Shown here: piece after piece, positions 37,301-48,800 of the stretch
Numbering within the stretch: the first letter of the stretch is position 1
Layout of the letters: every line of letters starts with the position of its first letter
Origin: Amoebophrya sp. A120
Lineage: Eukaryota; Protista; Dinoflagellata
Assembly: GCA_905178155.1 (NCBI GenBank)
Contig: CAJINV010000027.1
Span: forward strand, 1-59,330
Length of the DNA: 59,330 nt
Direction of reading: 5' to 3'
Translations under genes and position numbers: made by a program
The notes under the pieces: generated by a model
Database searches by the model: none
Told to the model about the DNA's origin: nothing
The model's input: only the letters and a program-made list of their open reading frames with translations

Positions 37301-40300
37301 ACCCAGTGCGGAGGAAGCGGCCAACCATCCCTTCTTCAATCCGGACGCCGCGACGGACGCCAGTAATCTCGACATGCTGTGCGAATTCTTGGACGAGCAG
37401 GAGGTTTTCGGGGATAGGCAGATCTCCCAAGCCGAAGAGGAAGGCGCGGACTGGATGTACCCCGCGGTCGAATTACCGTCGAGAGTGAATGTCGACGAGG
37501 ACGATATTCGGACGGAGGCTACGTTGTTGCCGAGCCAGGAATTTGACGAGAACGAGATGAGTCAGTTGATGAGCCAGCAGAATAATATAGGTGGTCCACC
37601 AAGTGTAGCTTCATCCACTGTCAATTCGAGCGCACTAGGGCTTCTGCAAAATGGCCAAGTAGCTAGCGGAAGCGGGGCGAGCGAAACTTCACAGGAACCA
37701 ACAAGACAACCGGACCAGGCCACGATGCGTCCATCATCTGGTACGGGGGCTTCTTATGGTATTGCAGACCCTGTGCTTGATCATGGTGCTTCACTTACCG
37801 TGGCTGGGGGTGAGGGCACGCAGACACGCCAAGAGCTAGTTCCAGCACTCGATGATCCAAGCACAAGCACACCTAGCAGCGCGAGCCAAGTTTCGTGCGC
37901 CAGATTTCCACCAGTAACAGCAGCCGCAACAGAATCGCCAGTGGGGAGCGCCGCTGGCCCGCTATCCGAGCAACCAAGCTCACTTCAATTGGTTAGCTCA
38001 AGTAATGAGCAAGAGAGGGGCTGCTCCTGCTCGGTAGCCTTGAATAATTCAGCACTGGGACCAGACCATGCTGATGGAGTTGCTGGAGCTGGTGGAGGCC
38101 CGGCTGCCGTGGGACCACCCGATGGGTACGCAGCCGCGGAGGGTTCCGCTGGTGAGCGCGCAGCTGCGGGGCCGCCTGATGCAACAACAGCGGGTGGTGG
38201 TCCGTCGAGTGCAGGTGGACGAGCTGCAGCTAGCGGCAGTGCCAGTTGCGGTGTAGAGAGTGGCTGTGGAACTGGGCCATGGCTAGAGGAAATTTTTTGG
38301 TCGTCAAAACCGGTGGATCAAGAAGTCTCGATGCATTACGTCGGTCACGGCCTCTTCGGCCTGCCGAATATCGAAAATGGAAGCTACTTGAGCGCGTTCC
38401 TGCAAGCGTTTTGGCGGTTGCCACCCGTTCGCAGGCACGTGGACCAAATATATCACCAGCAGGCCATTTTTACAGAACAAACCCGAGCGCGTACAGCAGG
38501 TGTAGCAGCTTCAGCCCCTGGGCATATGGTCGCAGAGTTCCGCAGCCGAGGCGGGGCGAGTTCCGCAGGCGGCGGAGGTGAACATGAAACAGAAGCTGAT
38601 GCGACCTTCCGCGAAAAGCTAGCCGCAGAAGGTTCTACCACTGATTACCCCATGCTGCTATGCATACGCGCAGGAGAAGTATCGCACCCCCCCCCCCCAA
38701 TGCTAGTGTCTATAACCTGCCACAGACCAACAGGACCACACGTAGCTAACCGCAGTCCCAGCAATTCTTGGCAGCGCAAATCCTTCCAACCCGGACAGAC
38801 CATCGCTTTATTATTAATCTGCCGGCGCCTTTATTTGATAAAGTCTGAACGTCGGCAAAATTACTATTATTAATTTTGCTGAAATTCAACTGCAGCTGCA
38901 GGCCTAAACCGTGTGCGCCGATCTTCGTCTTCCTCGGCCTGCACGAGCGCAGTAGGATTAAGAACACCCTGCCCCATCCATGGTCGGTATAACCACCACC
39001 ACTATCACCATATCAGAAAAACACTTGTAGCGTAGGACTGCAGCTTGTGTGGGTGCGATACTCTTATTTCGCAGGATAATCCACAGACGACAAGAAGACT
39101 CAGTCGGGAATGGCGCAGCGCTTTTGTTTTGTTTGGGGGATAAGTATACTACTCGGCTCAATGTGGTAAAGATTTGCTATGAAGTAGAAGAAGCTTGTTA
39201 TATAATTTACATGGAAACAAGCGGGCCTGCCACGTATTGCATTGACTGAGCGCGTCGGCATTCCGTAACAGATGGCGCAAAAGCACTGCAGGTGAACGCA
39301 CTACAGGTGCACCCACCTGCACACACCCAAAGCAGAGCCGTTCGTGGTGGATCCTCGCATGACAAAAGCTGCACTCTGCGATCCCAGCTGTGGGCTATTG
39401 TGCCGTTCATAACTAGAAGGGGTCTGCAATCTGCACAATACGTTTGTCGACGTTGAACGGGATTCGCTAGACCTTGACCCCATGGGTGTGGAAGCCAAAC
39501 AGGTCGCGAAGGAGATTTACATGCGCCTGGAGAGTGCGCTGCAGAATTTCTGGGAGCGGGCCGCCGCGGTTTCTGAAAAATTTATGTGGGACAAGCACGC
39601 CCAACAGGATGCCGCGGGGGCGTTGGGAATGCTGGCTTTTCACTCCCTCCGCCCCATAGCGGAGCCCATCTGCAGCTTTCACATCGAGAAGAAGAGGTTC
39701 CAGGACTTCGACAGGCAGCGCTGCAACGCCAATGAGGTGGACACGCGCGTTGCCCTTGCCATTCCGATGGGGAGTGGCGTTGCCAATGCCACGACGGGAG
39801 GAGGGCCCGAGCAGTTTCTGCAAGATTCCCTCCCGCATTCCGTGTCGCAGTTGGTGGAGGCTTACTTTTCTGTGCCGGAGAAAATTAAGGCGGGACGCCC
39901 GATCAGCTGGAATCGGTTCGGCGGTGTGGACCAGGACGCCTACTGCAACCGCGCAGCTGAGGAACCGCTGGAAGACCCTGCACCGGCATCGCCGCGGCTG
40001 CCATCTGTTGGGGATGCGGTGGTACCAACAACAGCCAACGGCCAAAAGGTGGGCCCCGAACTGCACGCGCAAACAGTCGGCGGCCGACAAGTGCGTCGGA
40101 CCCCGCCTGCAACTTCGGGTCCCAAACATCGGGCAGCCCCCTCACTCTTGCGGGGGGGCCAAGTCGTTGCTGCCCAGGAAGAAGGATCACACAACCAAAG
40201 GAAGAGGCATAGGCCCAGACGGCCAGCTGAAGTGTCTGAACAAGGGAGAAACACTACTGGCGGCGCACGCGAGGACCCGTCCGCACGACCAGCGAAGGCG

Positions 40301-40804
40301 CGAGCGACGTATCCGTTTTGGCAGACACTAACCTTGAAACACCCACCACCACCGGTATTGGTGATGCGCTTGGCGCGCTTCGATTTCACAGACGCCGGCG
40401 CCGTGAAGAATTCCGACGAGGTCGATTTGGACGACAGCCTGGTACTGAGGTTTGAGGAGCCTGCTTCGCCCAACTACCTGCCGGGGCGTTCGAAGCGCCA
40501 TCAAGCACCAGGCGCAAACCTGTGGGCCCGGGAGCCAAAAGTCACCTACCGCTTGCAATCCCTCGTCCTGCACCGGGGTGAAAGCCCAGACGACGGTCAT
40601 TTTTGGGCCATGGTGAACTACGGGAAGCGGGGCCTTCCCGGAGCTAACGCGACGCACGGAAAGACAACCTGGGTAGTGTATGACGACTTCGCATTCTACC
40701 GCTGGTCCCGCACCGATGGAAATGAGGTCGTGCTAAATCACCCAGACATCAAAACCCAGTGCTATCTGCTGTTCTATGTTCGCCACGATCTTGCCGTAAA
40801 TTAG
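25318..40804 (+). CDS. Gene 3: paralog of gene 2; 23-aa repeats - Mps1-like kinase - TM - linker - WNK-like kinase - USP (peptidase C19)-like domain. May be frameshifted at 27490
   Basis: Exons 25318-26218, 26647-26859, 27043-27312, 27430-27489, ~27639-27698, 28267-28326, 28481-28519, 28803-28952, 29227-~29731, ~29886-30040, 34411-~34619, 34889-35517, 35795-36494, 36762-~38660, ~39080-39102, ~39413-40804. Kinase nearly identical to gene 2. Continuity across 27490 and the 4.4-kb intron is inferred. Confidence 0.65.
25350..25770 (+). repeat. 69-bp coding tandem repeat (GSTDLRRPPASSTGINVVHxDRL)
   Basis: gggttcaacggatctgcg at 25350, 25419, 25488, 25557 and 25629, plus two degenerate units. Confidence 0.92.
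26008..28290 (+). CDS. Mps1/TTK-like kinase domain of gene 3
   Basis: LGRGGTAEVY, FALK, IVHFDLKPGNF, KLSDFGLA, GTVLYMAPEA, DIWSLGIILYAMIYGKPP, RITASDL. The segment matching gene 2 VYAAA...LMHLLQRC is absent. Confidence 0.88.
26219..26646. mobile_element. Introner-type intron
   Basis: TIR tatcgaagtgaaaaaatggtct / agatcatttctttcgata; DR cgggt/gggct; removal gives RCYG|CRCDTPTLQLY. Confidence 0.85.
26860..27042. mobile_element. Degenerate F-like introner
   Basis: Splits KPGNF|xLFDNRTKVKLSDFG; ATA+5 geometry. Confidence 0.8.
27313..27429. mobile_element. Short introner, family D
   Basis: ccatcccca / tggggatgg; DR cagtc/caatc; removal gives GGAS|RAMFS. Confidence 0.9.
27490..27643. mobile_element. 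Introner family F with non-matching flanks
   Basis: Full 149-nt unit, reverse complement of 28327; flanks ctcaa vs gtttg. Confidence 0.85.
27699..27990. mobile_element. Older introner whose 3' direct repeat is interrupted by a family A copy
   Basis: TIR tatcccacagaaaagaac / gtactttcctgttggatt. Confidence 0.75.
27991..28265. mobile_element. Introner family A, reverse orientation relative to 2663
   Basis: Perfect DR tccac. Confidence 0.95.
28327..28480. mobile_element. Introner family F
   Basis: DR cttcc; removal gives HFDF|HEAAIRPIPG. Confidence 0.92.
28520..28802. mobile_element. Degenerate introner
   Basis: aacaagg / ccttgtt; +5 removal gives PGNIATVLHQKH, same length as gene 2 PGSFASVLHEKH. 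Confidence 0.75.
28953..29226. mobile_element. Introner family A, diverged
   Basis: A-type TIRs; DR decayed; +5 removal in frame. Confidence 0.85.
29732..29885. mobile_element. Inverted-repeat intron (non-TAT type)
   Basis: tcgttgaacaaa / tttgttcaatga; contains an in-frame stop; boundaries approximate. Confidence 0.6.
30511..33960. repeat. 96-bp tandem satellite, about 36 copies, one strong hairpin per unit
   Basis: Unit starts at 30901, 30997 etc.; printed lines recur every 480 nt; centre homogeneous, ends diverged. Confidence 0.97.
34070..34325. repeat. G-rich ggggtRtgtc minisatellite with an inverted C-rich partner
   Basis: About 10 ggggtgtgtc/ggggtatgt units at 34070-34215; catacccc/gacacacccc units at 34281-34325. 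Confidence 0.8.
34620..34888. mobile_element. Degenerate introner
   Basis: Right end gcatttgata as in family A; left boundary uncertain by a few nt. Confidence 0.6.
35518..35794. mobile_element. Introner family A, diverged
   Basis: Perfect DR tcgga; joins ORFs 34853 and 35778 in frame. Confidence 0.92.
36256..37340 (+). CDS. WNK-family kinase-like domain with degenerate motifs
   Basis: ERSPKGRFLRF, LGVESYKQVYLGFDTETGREVAWN (Gly-loop Lys, no VAIK Lys: the WNK signature), WARQILEGLQYLH, IHRDLKCDNIFING, IGELGLS, GTPGFMAPELYDERY, VDIYAFGM. Confidence 0.9.
36495..36761 (+). other. Canonical GT-AG intron with TACTAAC branch point (36684-36690)
   Basis: GTATTG...ACCAG, phase 0; gives NAWKNP|QREEIYIITE in the WNK domain. 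Confidence 0.85.
38350..40790 (+). CDS. Ubiquitin-specific protease (USP/C19)-like domain with Cys-to-Ser at the nucleophile
   Basis: Cys box GLPNIENGSYLSAFLQAF, probable QED motif near 39091, PPPVLVMRLARF, His box YRLQSLVLHRGESPDDGHFWA, WVVYDD, terminal CYLLFY. Confidence 0.85.
38659..39083. mobile_element. Inverted-repeat intron in the USP domain
   Basis: agtatcgcaccc / gggtgcgatact; boundaries approximate. Another degenerate intron follows at ~39103-39412. Confidence 0.65.
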
Positions 40805-41760
40805 AGAAAATCATATCTTCGGCACCAGCTCTAGCTGCACCAGAGAACCGATGGGCGCCAGGACCTCGATGTTGTGCTGGTGCGCAAGTGTGGCCGACTT
40901 GTTCTCTGGTCGAAATTGCTGTTAGGAGATAAGAGCACACAATGGTCGAAGTGCATGAGAGCTCGTACTTGTTAATCTGCTTTTGCATACAATATTAGGC
41001 CACGCATGGTCTTCTATATTTTTAAATTCCAGCTACCGTTTAGTGGAGTTTCTTTCTACAGCACCACATGCAAAGTTGTAAGTTTTGGCGTATAGATTTC
41101 ACAACGTGGACAATGTACTTTCAATGCACACGCACGAGCCGAACTTGGGCTGGTGGTTTATTTAATCGGTTTTAATGTCTTCTGCCGGCAAGGCAGAAGC
41201 AAATCACGGGTAGGTTAAGTACGTAGCCTGTACGTGGTAAGCCTCTGCAGCAGATGAAGATTTCCAGGCGCAGTGATGCGCCGGGCCCGGAATTATATCT
41301 CTGGCGTTTGCTAAGCCTAGCGGAAAAGCTGAAGATCTCTACTGTAATACCATTATGCGCGTTAGCCTTTGCCCAGTTATTCATGACAATTCACAAATAA
41401 AATATCAGTCAAGCTCGCCACGGACGGCTATAAATGTTGTATAAGCCTGTCTCGGAACCCCGTTCCCAGGCCGACACGTTTTACTTCATCTAGCGACACC
41501 AGAAACACTTTACTTCTCAAAAAGCTGCTTGGCACCTGCTCCAGCCTGTTGTGCTGAAGCGGAGTCGCTGTAGATACAGTGGACGGCCGCGGAGGTCCTA
41601 ACATTTCGGTGCCACAGAATCAAACCGCACGTCCCAAAGACAATTGTGAATTCACAGGAGCTCCATTTCCCTTGCAGTCTATCGCGACAACGCTACTGAA
41701 GCTTCACTTCTGCGATCAGAGCCAGCTGGGGCTAGAAGATAAGATCTAGATGTGATCCAC

Positions 41761-42315
41761 AAGAAGATTGAGCTTAAGTGCAACGGCTTGTCCGCCGGAT
41801 CCAACGTAGTTGCTTCATCGTCGTCGCCGGTGACATGTGTCGCTGCGAAGAAGATGTACATGTAGTTCCTGATAAATTCACATTTCCACACGGATCCAGA
41901 AAAAGAAACTCATCTAGTCTTTGCCAACGCCTTTTCCGCAATCAAAACTCCTCCAGCTACAGTTTACTAAGCAGGATTATTCATTATCCTCATCAACCTA
42001 CCATCGGGTGTTTCGCGAGTGAGACCCCGTTGAGACAATTCGTTTTAATATTCCAACCTTTACACTTACGTGCGGCTGAAAAGTAGACAACAAATACTCA
42101 CAAGACTGCTCAAAAATCTCAAGTACGTTCGCAAGGGCGTCGAGCTACTATTTAGGCAAGCCCTAGCTGCCTGAAGACGAGAAGGAGAGTGTTGGACGCA
42201 CGACGAGTTTAGGCACAGGTTCCGTCATCGCTGCGACTGAAAATAAGCAGCAGTTCGAAGACCAGATTCTTTGTTCTGTGTATAGAGCAGTAGATCGCCA
42301 CTGTAAAATTTTACG
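41761..42315 (+). promoter_or_regulatory. Conserved non-coding block upstream of gene 4
   Basis: Homologous to 692-1250. Confidence 0.55.
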
Positions 42316-42824
42316 TACCACTTCAGTTTGCCTTTCTTGGGCAGATTAGATTTAGATACGAATTCTTGGAAAATAGATTTAACAATTGATATTTAAGACG
42401 GCAAGGCGACAACCACAACTTCCAACTGCACCTGAAAAAAGAAGGTCAAGCAGTTGCATCGCCGAAGTGATAAGAAACAGAATTGTGTTAAGTCGCGAGA
42501 CCAATACACCGGCTGTGAACAATATTAGCGTGGAAGATTAATCTATCATTCTTATTGGTATAATTTCGGAAAACCCACTACCATTCCTGCGGCCTGGCAG
42601 AAATACCCGCCGAAGAAAACGTTCTGCCGAGAAGTGGAGATACGTAGTACCGTCACACCAGCTACTACGCAGCCTGTAGTGCTGGCACATCATCCCACGG
42701 CGAGAAAAAAAGCCTACGGAAGTGCAATTCCGAGATCGAAAGCAATACGAGTCTGATCATATCATCTCGTCGCTTCAGGAAGTAATCTATCTTTGCGAGG
42801 AAGACATCGTCGAATACGAAGAAA

Positions 42825-45800
42825 ATGAAACGCATCTTGCAAGCTTCGTTTCTCGCCGCCGGCGCGGTGGTCGCTACTCATGCGGACCGCCAGGAGCCCG
42901 CAGCGGACCCGGGAGAGCAGGGGCTCGACCGCTTTTGGACCGACGTGCAAGCTGGTGGGGATATGATTTGGAACAAGATGGTTCTGCCACTTCTACAGAA
43001 TAGGTTTATTGCATTTGAAGACTTGTGTTTGTTTGCAAGAGCTACGTACAAGCTTCGCACAGTAGGCGTGACTGGTGCTAATATCTCCACCTATTTTTAA
43101 AAAGTGATGCATGAGGCGAGAACCGGATCGATCGGAGTTCTTTGAAGCACTGCACAGGGAAATTTAGATATGCCAAAACCTCCTGGTAGCGGAATTATGA
43201 ACGCTTTTCCTTTGCACAAGGGCGCGCATGTTGCAGACAGCAGCGGATCTCGAGAACGAACCGAACCCGGTGATCGCCGCGTACTGGGAAGGCTATGTCC
43301 GACGCACGAAAGCATTTGCTGCGGAGGCGAAAAACCACTACGATCGACTGTGCGGAACGGATGCGATTTCCGATCACAAGTCGAGGGCAAGTGGTGACAC
43401 TAAGGGAGCGAAATTTCGGAAACTGGATTCAGGTGCGGGAGAGCCTTCGCCGAACGGGGGTGGAGCTGCACCAACGCCGGACTATGCAGCTGGCGTCGAA
43501 GATGATGTGAAGCTGGAGATAAAGAACCGCCTCAAAAGCTTGTTCGACTTGACCAGCACCGCGGAGGAACCTGTGATGCCGACAAGCGAGCAGGAGCTTC
43601 TTCGAAACTGGTTTTTCTTCTCTGATCAAACTGATGCAAGTGGCACACCGCTCGTCGAGGATGCCGTGCTGAAGGTTGTGCGACAGAAAGCAGTGCTCCC
43701 CCCTGCGAATCATGCCTTTGACGTGCGGGTCTCTAAGACTCCGCAGCACTCTACTGAGCAAGTAGCTCTGGAGACCATGGAAGCACGACAACCTCGGCAC
43801 CGCGTCGTCAGAGTGGAATCGCGCGACATGGCGCTCGTGGCATGTGCCTTGCGACTGCAGCACGAGAAGGCGGCCACGCAGCCGGGCCTTGGCAGCACTA
43901 CTACTGCTCACGGCACGACCTCCACAGGATCATTTTTGAGTACGACCGGCATGTTGGGGAACACCAGAGCCAGCACCCGCGCGACCACGAGCAACCCGCG
44001 TCCGCACGAACCAGAGGGCGTGACCATTCCCACACTGGCCTCTGCATTTCTTATCAAATGTAAAAATGTCTGGGTCTGGAAACTTGTAATGCTGCGTTGG
44101 GAATAGTGAATGCTCTGTAATGCACAAACAAGCATGAGAAATATCTGCGCTTCTTTGTGTTGCGTTTTTCGCATGACAAAGTGCGTTTTTGCATGACAGG
44201 CAAAAGGGTTTCTTCTTGGACACGCATCACAAACTTTTTGGTCATGCCAGACAAGCATGACAAATCTCGCAATCTTCCAGACCCAGACATTTTTGCATAT
44301 GATATTTCTGCTTTTCCAACAAAACATTCTGGACTTCGCAGACATGCAGAAGGATGCTTTGTTCGACACGATGTGGGGGTCCAAGCTGCTGTTTGACCAC
44401 GACGTGCCGGAAGCGGCCGCAAAACGAGCCGGCTTCGCGGTGGCGCGGGCCCGCGCGAAGACCATGGGCAACGTGATGAATATTGTCGCCAACAGTCGGC
44501 AAAGTAGCCGTCAGAACTGGCAGCACCACCTGGACACAGCAACTGCCGCCAAACTCGCCGTGATCGTGCAGTTCATGTACGCACGCCGGCTGCAGTACCT
44601 TCACGCGCAGGAGGCCGCAGGCTATGACCACATCAAGCTGTCGAGCTTGTGGGCGCTCAAGGCAGGAGGAGGTTTTGCAGACGTCAAGGAGTTGCCCCTA
44701 CCAGCTGATGTTGCGGAGCAGTACCAGGATGTGAAAACAACGCGCCGACTTTTGGAGGAGAGTCGGAACCTGGCCTGGAATGCGGGGATATGCATGGCAA
44801 ATAGGTCTGAGTCTGGAAGGATGAAAGCAAAAAAAAATGTCTTGCATGGGCGTCCTCAAAGTTTTTTGTTCTTGCTACGCAAAATCCGGATTTGTCATGC
44901 GGGGACGGCATCCAGAGGTGCCTGACCAAGGCTTGTGCTCCTGCTCTTGCACGCAACATTCGTGGGCTCCGCGTGCGCGTGGCCAAAAGATGCCTGAAAA
45001 GCATCTGTTTGCATCCAGACCCAGAAAGACTTGCACTTGATAGGGTAAGCTCAACATCGATTTCGCGGTCGTAGGCGGAACAAACGGTGAGGTCGGTGCA
45101 AAGGCGGTCGCATGGAGAGAATTTCACTCACTGAAACTTGTGCTCGACGAGTGGTTTAACGAACCCATGCGCTTGGCCCAGAGAGAAGCCAATCCAGACC
45201 TGATCACGAACCCAGGTGGTCCTGGTGGCCCAAACAGTGGGACGAGCTCAAGTAGCAGCGACGGGGCTGATGTGTCGTCGACCACGAATTTCTACAGACC
45301 GTTTGTGGATACGATCGAAGCAGCATGGGAAGGGGAAGACGGGGAAATGCATATATCCTCTGAAGACCAGCAAGAAAACCACGGGGCGCAGGCAGAAGCG
45401 GTTGCTGGCGTGTTGCACGTGGGCACCCTACAGGCTCTGCAGCATGCGTCACTGCGGAGAAATGCCACTGAAGAGAAGAGGTTGCGATACCTCCACCTGG
45501 TGCCGATTCTGAGTAGCGGCGCAACCCATAGTTTGCGACCACGCAGTGAAGATAGTGGTCGGTCGAGGATGGCGCCGGGCACAACTCCCGAAGCAGGCGT
45601 TGGTGCGACTGACGTTCTTGCTTCGGCCGCTCACGAGGAAATGCAGAGCAGCAAGACCCCATTTCACCAAGTTGCAGTTGAGGATCATTTTTTGGCACCG
45701 GAAAGGGCAGCGGAGCTGCACTCCACGGTGAAACAACACCTGCCCGGCGCGGACACGTTGTTGCCGCTAGTTCGCTTTTTGCAAGTGCAGACGCAAGCTG

Positions 45801-48800
45801 CTGCGAAAGCGCATTCTGCCATCGTTGACTACTCGCCCGACCCCGCTGCGGTATTTCACACGCTCGCATCCGGGGTGGAGCGTCGTACGCGATTGGAACT
45901 CCGAGATTTTTCGAGAAAAGAGCCGGCACTCACCCCTTCTGCAATGCAGGGGACCAGCCATATCCCGACACAGCCGCTTGCCACATGGTTTCAAACCCTA
46001 CTTCCGGCTGGAACCAGCGCCGAGCAGTTTCATGGCGAGTTCCATCGGTATGAAATCGAGAATGTTCTGGTCCACGATTTGGTAGAAAATTTTCTTCAGC
46101 GCCCGTTCAAACACTACGTAGAAGACGAACTTGGAAAAGAGCTCTCGAAGGCCTACGACCAGAAGATGAACTACCGACAATTTCGGGACAGGCTGGTCAA
46201 GGTCTTCGAAAGCACCGGCGCACTGCGGGCAAGCCGGCGAGCGGAGCTTGAAGCCTTCCTTGCGCAGGAGCATTTTCCATTTCCCTCGACTGATGTGCTT
46301 ACATCTTCACAAGAAGACCTCAACAGCTCGTGGTACATCAAGGCCGTGGAAGAGGATGCGCGGCTGAAATCGATACGAAGCTACGACGACGGCTTGGAAC
46401 TCATTCGCGCCTTTACAAGGAAAGCTCGGCAAGCGGACGTTTTCTTAGACGGGATGGCAAGGGACAAGAAGTTTGCTTTCTTGAATTCAACCTTGCTGCA
46501 GCGGTTTGCGAGGCACTGGAAGCATTATCAGGTTGCATTTTTGTGCCGCTACCTCGATCGCGATTCGAAACTCGACCCGACGCTGGATGCGGGCTGGATC
46601 GATGCCGAAGCCGAAAAGGGACCTCCACTGGCACCCGATGTAACATGGGAACAACGACGACAGCGATTTCTGCAGGTGCAGTGGAGCATTAGCCGCCGAT
46701 TTTGTACGAAGCCCGGGAGGGCTGCTATGTTGGAGCTCGGGGTACAACTAGATCTAGAAAACGCAACGTCGCTCCCGGATCTAGGAGGGGCAGAAGTAGC
46801 TGCGCAGGCCTTCAAGTTGCTGCGAGATCTAAATTCCAACGGTTTTGCACGGAAACTGGCGTTCGCGGTGTGGCAGTGGATTGAGCGGCAGCAGGTGGAG
46901 GGCCGTATTAGCGATGATACCTTCGAAAGGATCAAGCGCACACACGTGGAGCGGATGCAAGCGAGCGTTGATGCGCCTGTGCATGCCAGATTTTTGTACA
47001 AGATACGAGAAGACGATCGGCCCGGCATGGTGGAAAATGCCAATAGCGAGGAGCAAGCCAACTTTTATCACACCGTCGCGATGCCCGATTTGCAGGAAGA
47101 TATTGCTGTCCAAGTTTGGCGAAACAACAGCGCTGGTTTCATGGCTCCCACAAGCGCTGAGGAACTTCTCCCCGGTGGCACTGTGATTTTTGCGTCTGGC
47201 CGCAGACGGGGAGAGGCGGAGATCGTTGTTGTCTACCTTCACGAGTTCGGCAAAACGATGACCCAGCGAGCTTGCGACACGATTTTAGCCCATATTGCAT
47301 ACGAAACTTATCAAGCGGACATTCCCGGGCCCACGAGCGGAGGACCGCCGATTCACGATAGAATACGCGTCGTGTGTCCCCAGGCTGGAGTGAAACGTGT
47401 CAGCACGAACCGCCGCTACGGGAGCAACGCGGCGTACACCCAGGCTACTGAGGAAGTAAGGGTGACGCTCGAAAGGCACAATCAGGGTCCCTCGTGGTAT
47501 CATTACTACGAACCAGGGCCGCCACAGGACGGTCGCGGCGCGGACGAGCGGAAGATCGATTTGGAAGACTTAGAGGCCTCGGCAAAGTTCGTCGAGGAGG
47601 TGATGCAGCGCGAGGTGGCGCCACTGCCGCCCGCCGGGGTTGTAGGCGATTCTCCTACCACTACGCCGCGTTCAGCTCTACGAGGTCTCTACCTAGCTGG
47701 CTCGAGTCAGGGCGCCGTCCTCGCTCTGCATACGGCGTTTGGGAAGAACTTCGCGTCCCGCACGTCAGCATCAAGAGCTCGAGCTAGCCAAAACGAAACC
47801 GACACCTCCGATAACACCACATCGCATGTTGATGCACAAGGGCAGAACAGCACCTCCAATAACGACCCACCGCACGTTTCTGAACAAGGGGAGGACGCCT
47901 CCAATAACAACCACACACCGGCGCATGTTTCTGAACAACCGGAGGTGGTGGGAGCAGGAGGTGCAGCCAGATTCAAGTTGAAAGGCCTTATTTCGTATCA
48001 CGGTATCATGCACAGAAAAACGTGGGACGAAGCTGCAGAAACGGCGAGATCGTACGCAAAAGAAAATCTGCACCTGCATGTGTGGGCCAGTTCCACAGAC
48101 ACAATTTTCCCCGCAGCACAAGTAGAAAACTTAAGCCGCCAGCGCTTTGCGGTCGGCGGTGGAGTCGCTGCAACTAATGTTGCCACCTCCCCCGCAGGAC
48201 AACGACAACTGCCAGTTCGGGCGCCCCTGGAGCTGTCGAAGTACCATTTTCTGCGAAACTCGCTTCAACACGGAGGGGAGCCTGAAAAGCACATCGCGAA
48301 ATCGCTGACGCACATGTTGTATCACGAGTTTGTTCTCGAAGTGAACACCTTGGACAGCGCGGCGCTGCAGCGGCCGCAGGCGCTCGCCAGCTCCACGGTA
48401 GTTTTTCATCGCAGCTTCGTTCTGCAGGACTATCTCGTGCGCCTAGTCGTGTCGGCATTCAAAGTGTTCGGACCAGCAGCCCCGGCGAGACTAGTATCTC
48501 CACAGCAGACTGCTCGACAAGACGGGCCACTGCCTCTCGTCATCAGGCCCGAGGTGGACTACAGTGTGTCCAGGGACGCGAAGGGCGCAAAGTGCCGGTT
48601 TTCATCGACCAATACGACAGGTCGAGGGAGCATCGATTTCCTGGACGACGGGCTGATTCAGTTTTTGCAGTTGAAGCACGATTGCTACGTAACGCCCCCG
48701 GCTTTCGTTTTGAAGAAGGGCTCGACCGCGACCTTCTTCTCGCAATACCGGAGAATTTTCGCAATGCAAAGTCCATCGCGGCTCGAAGACGAAGGGGCGG

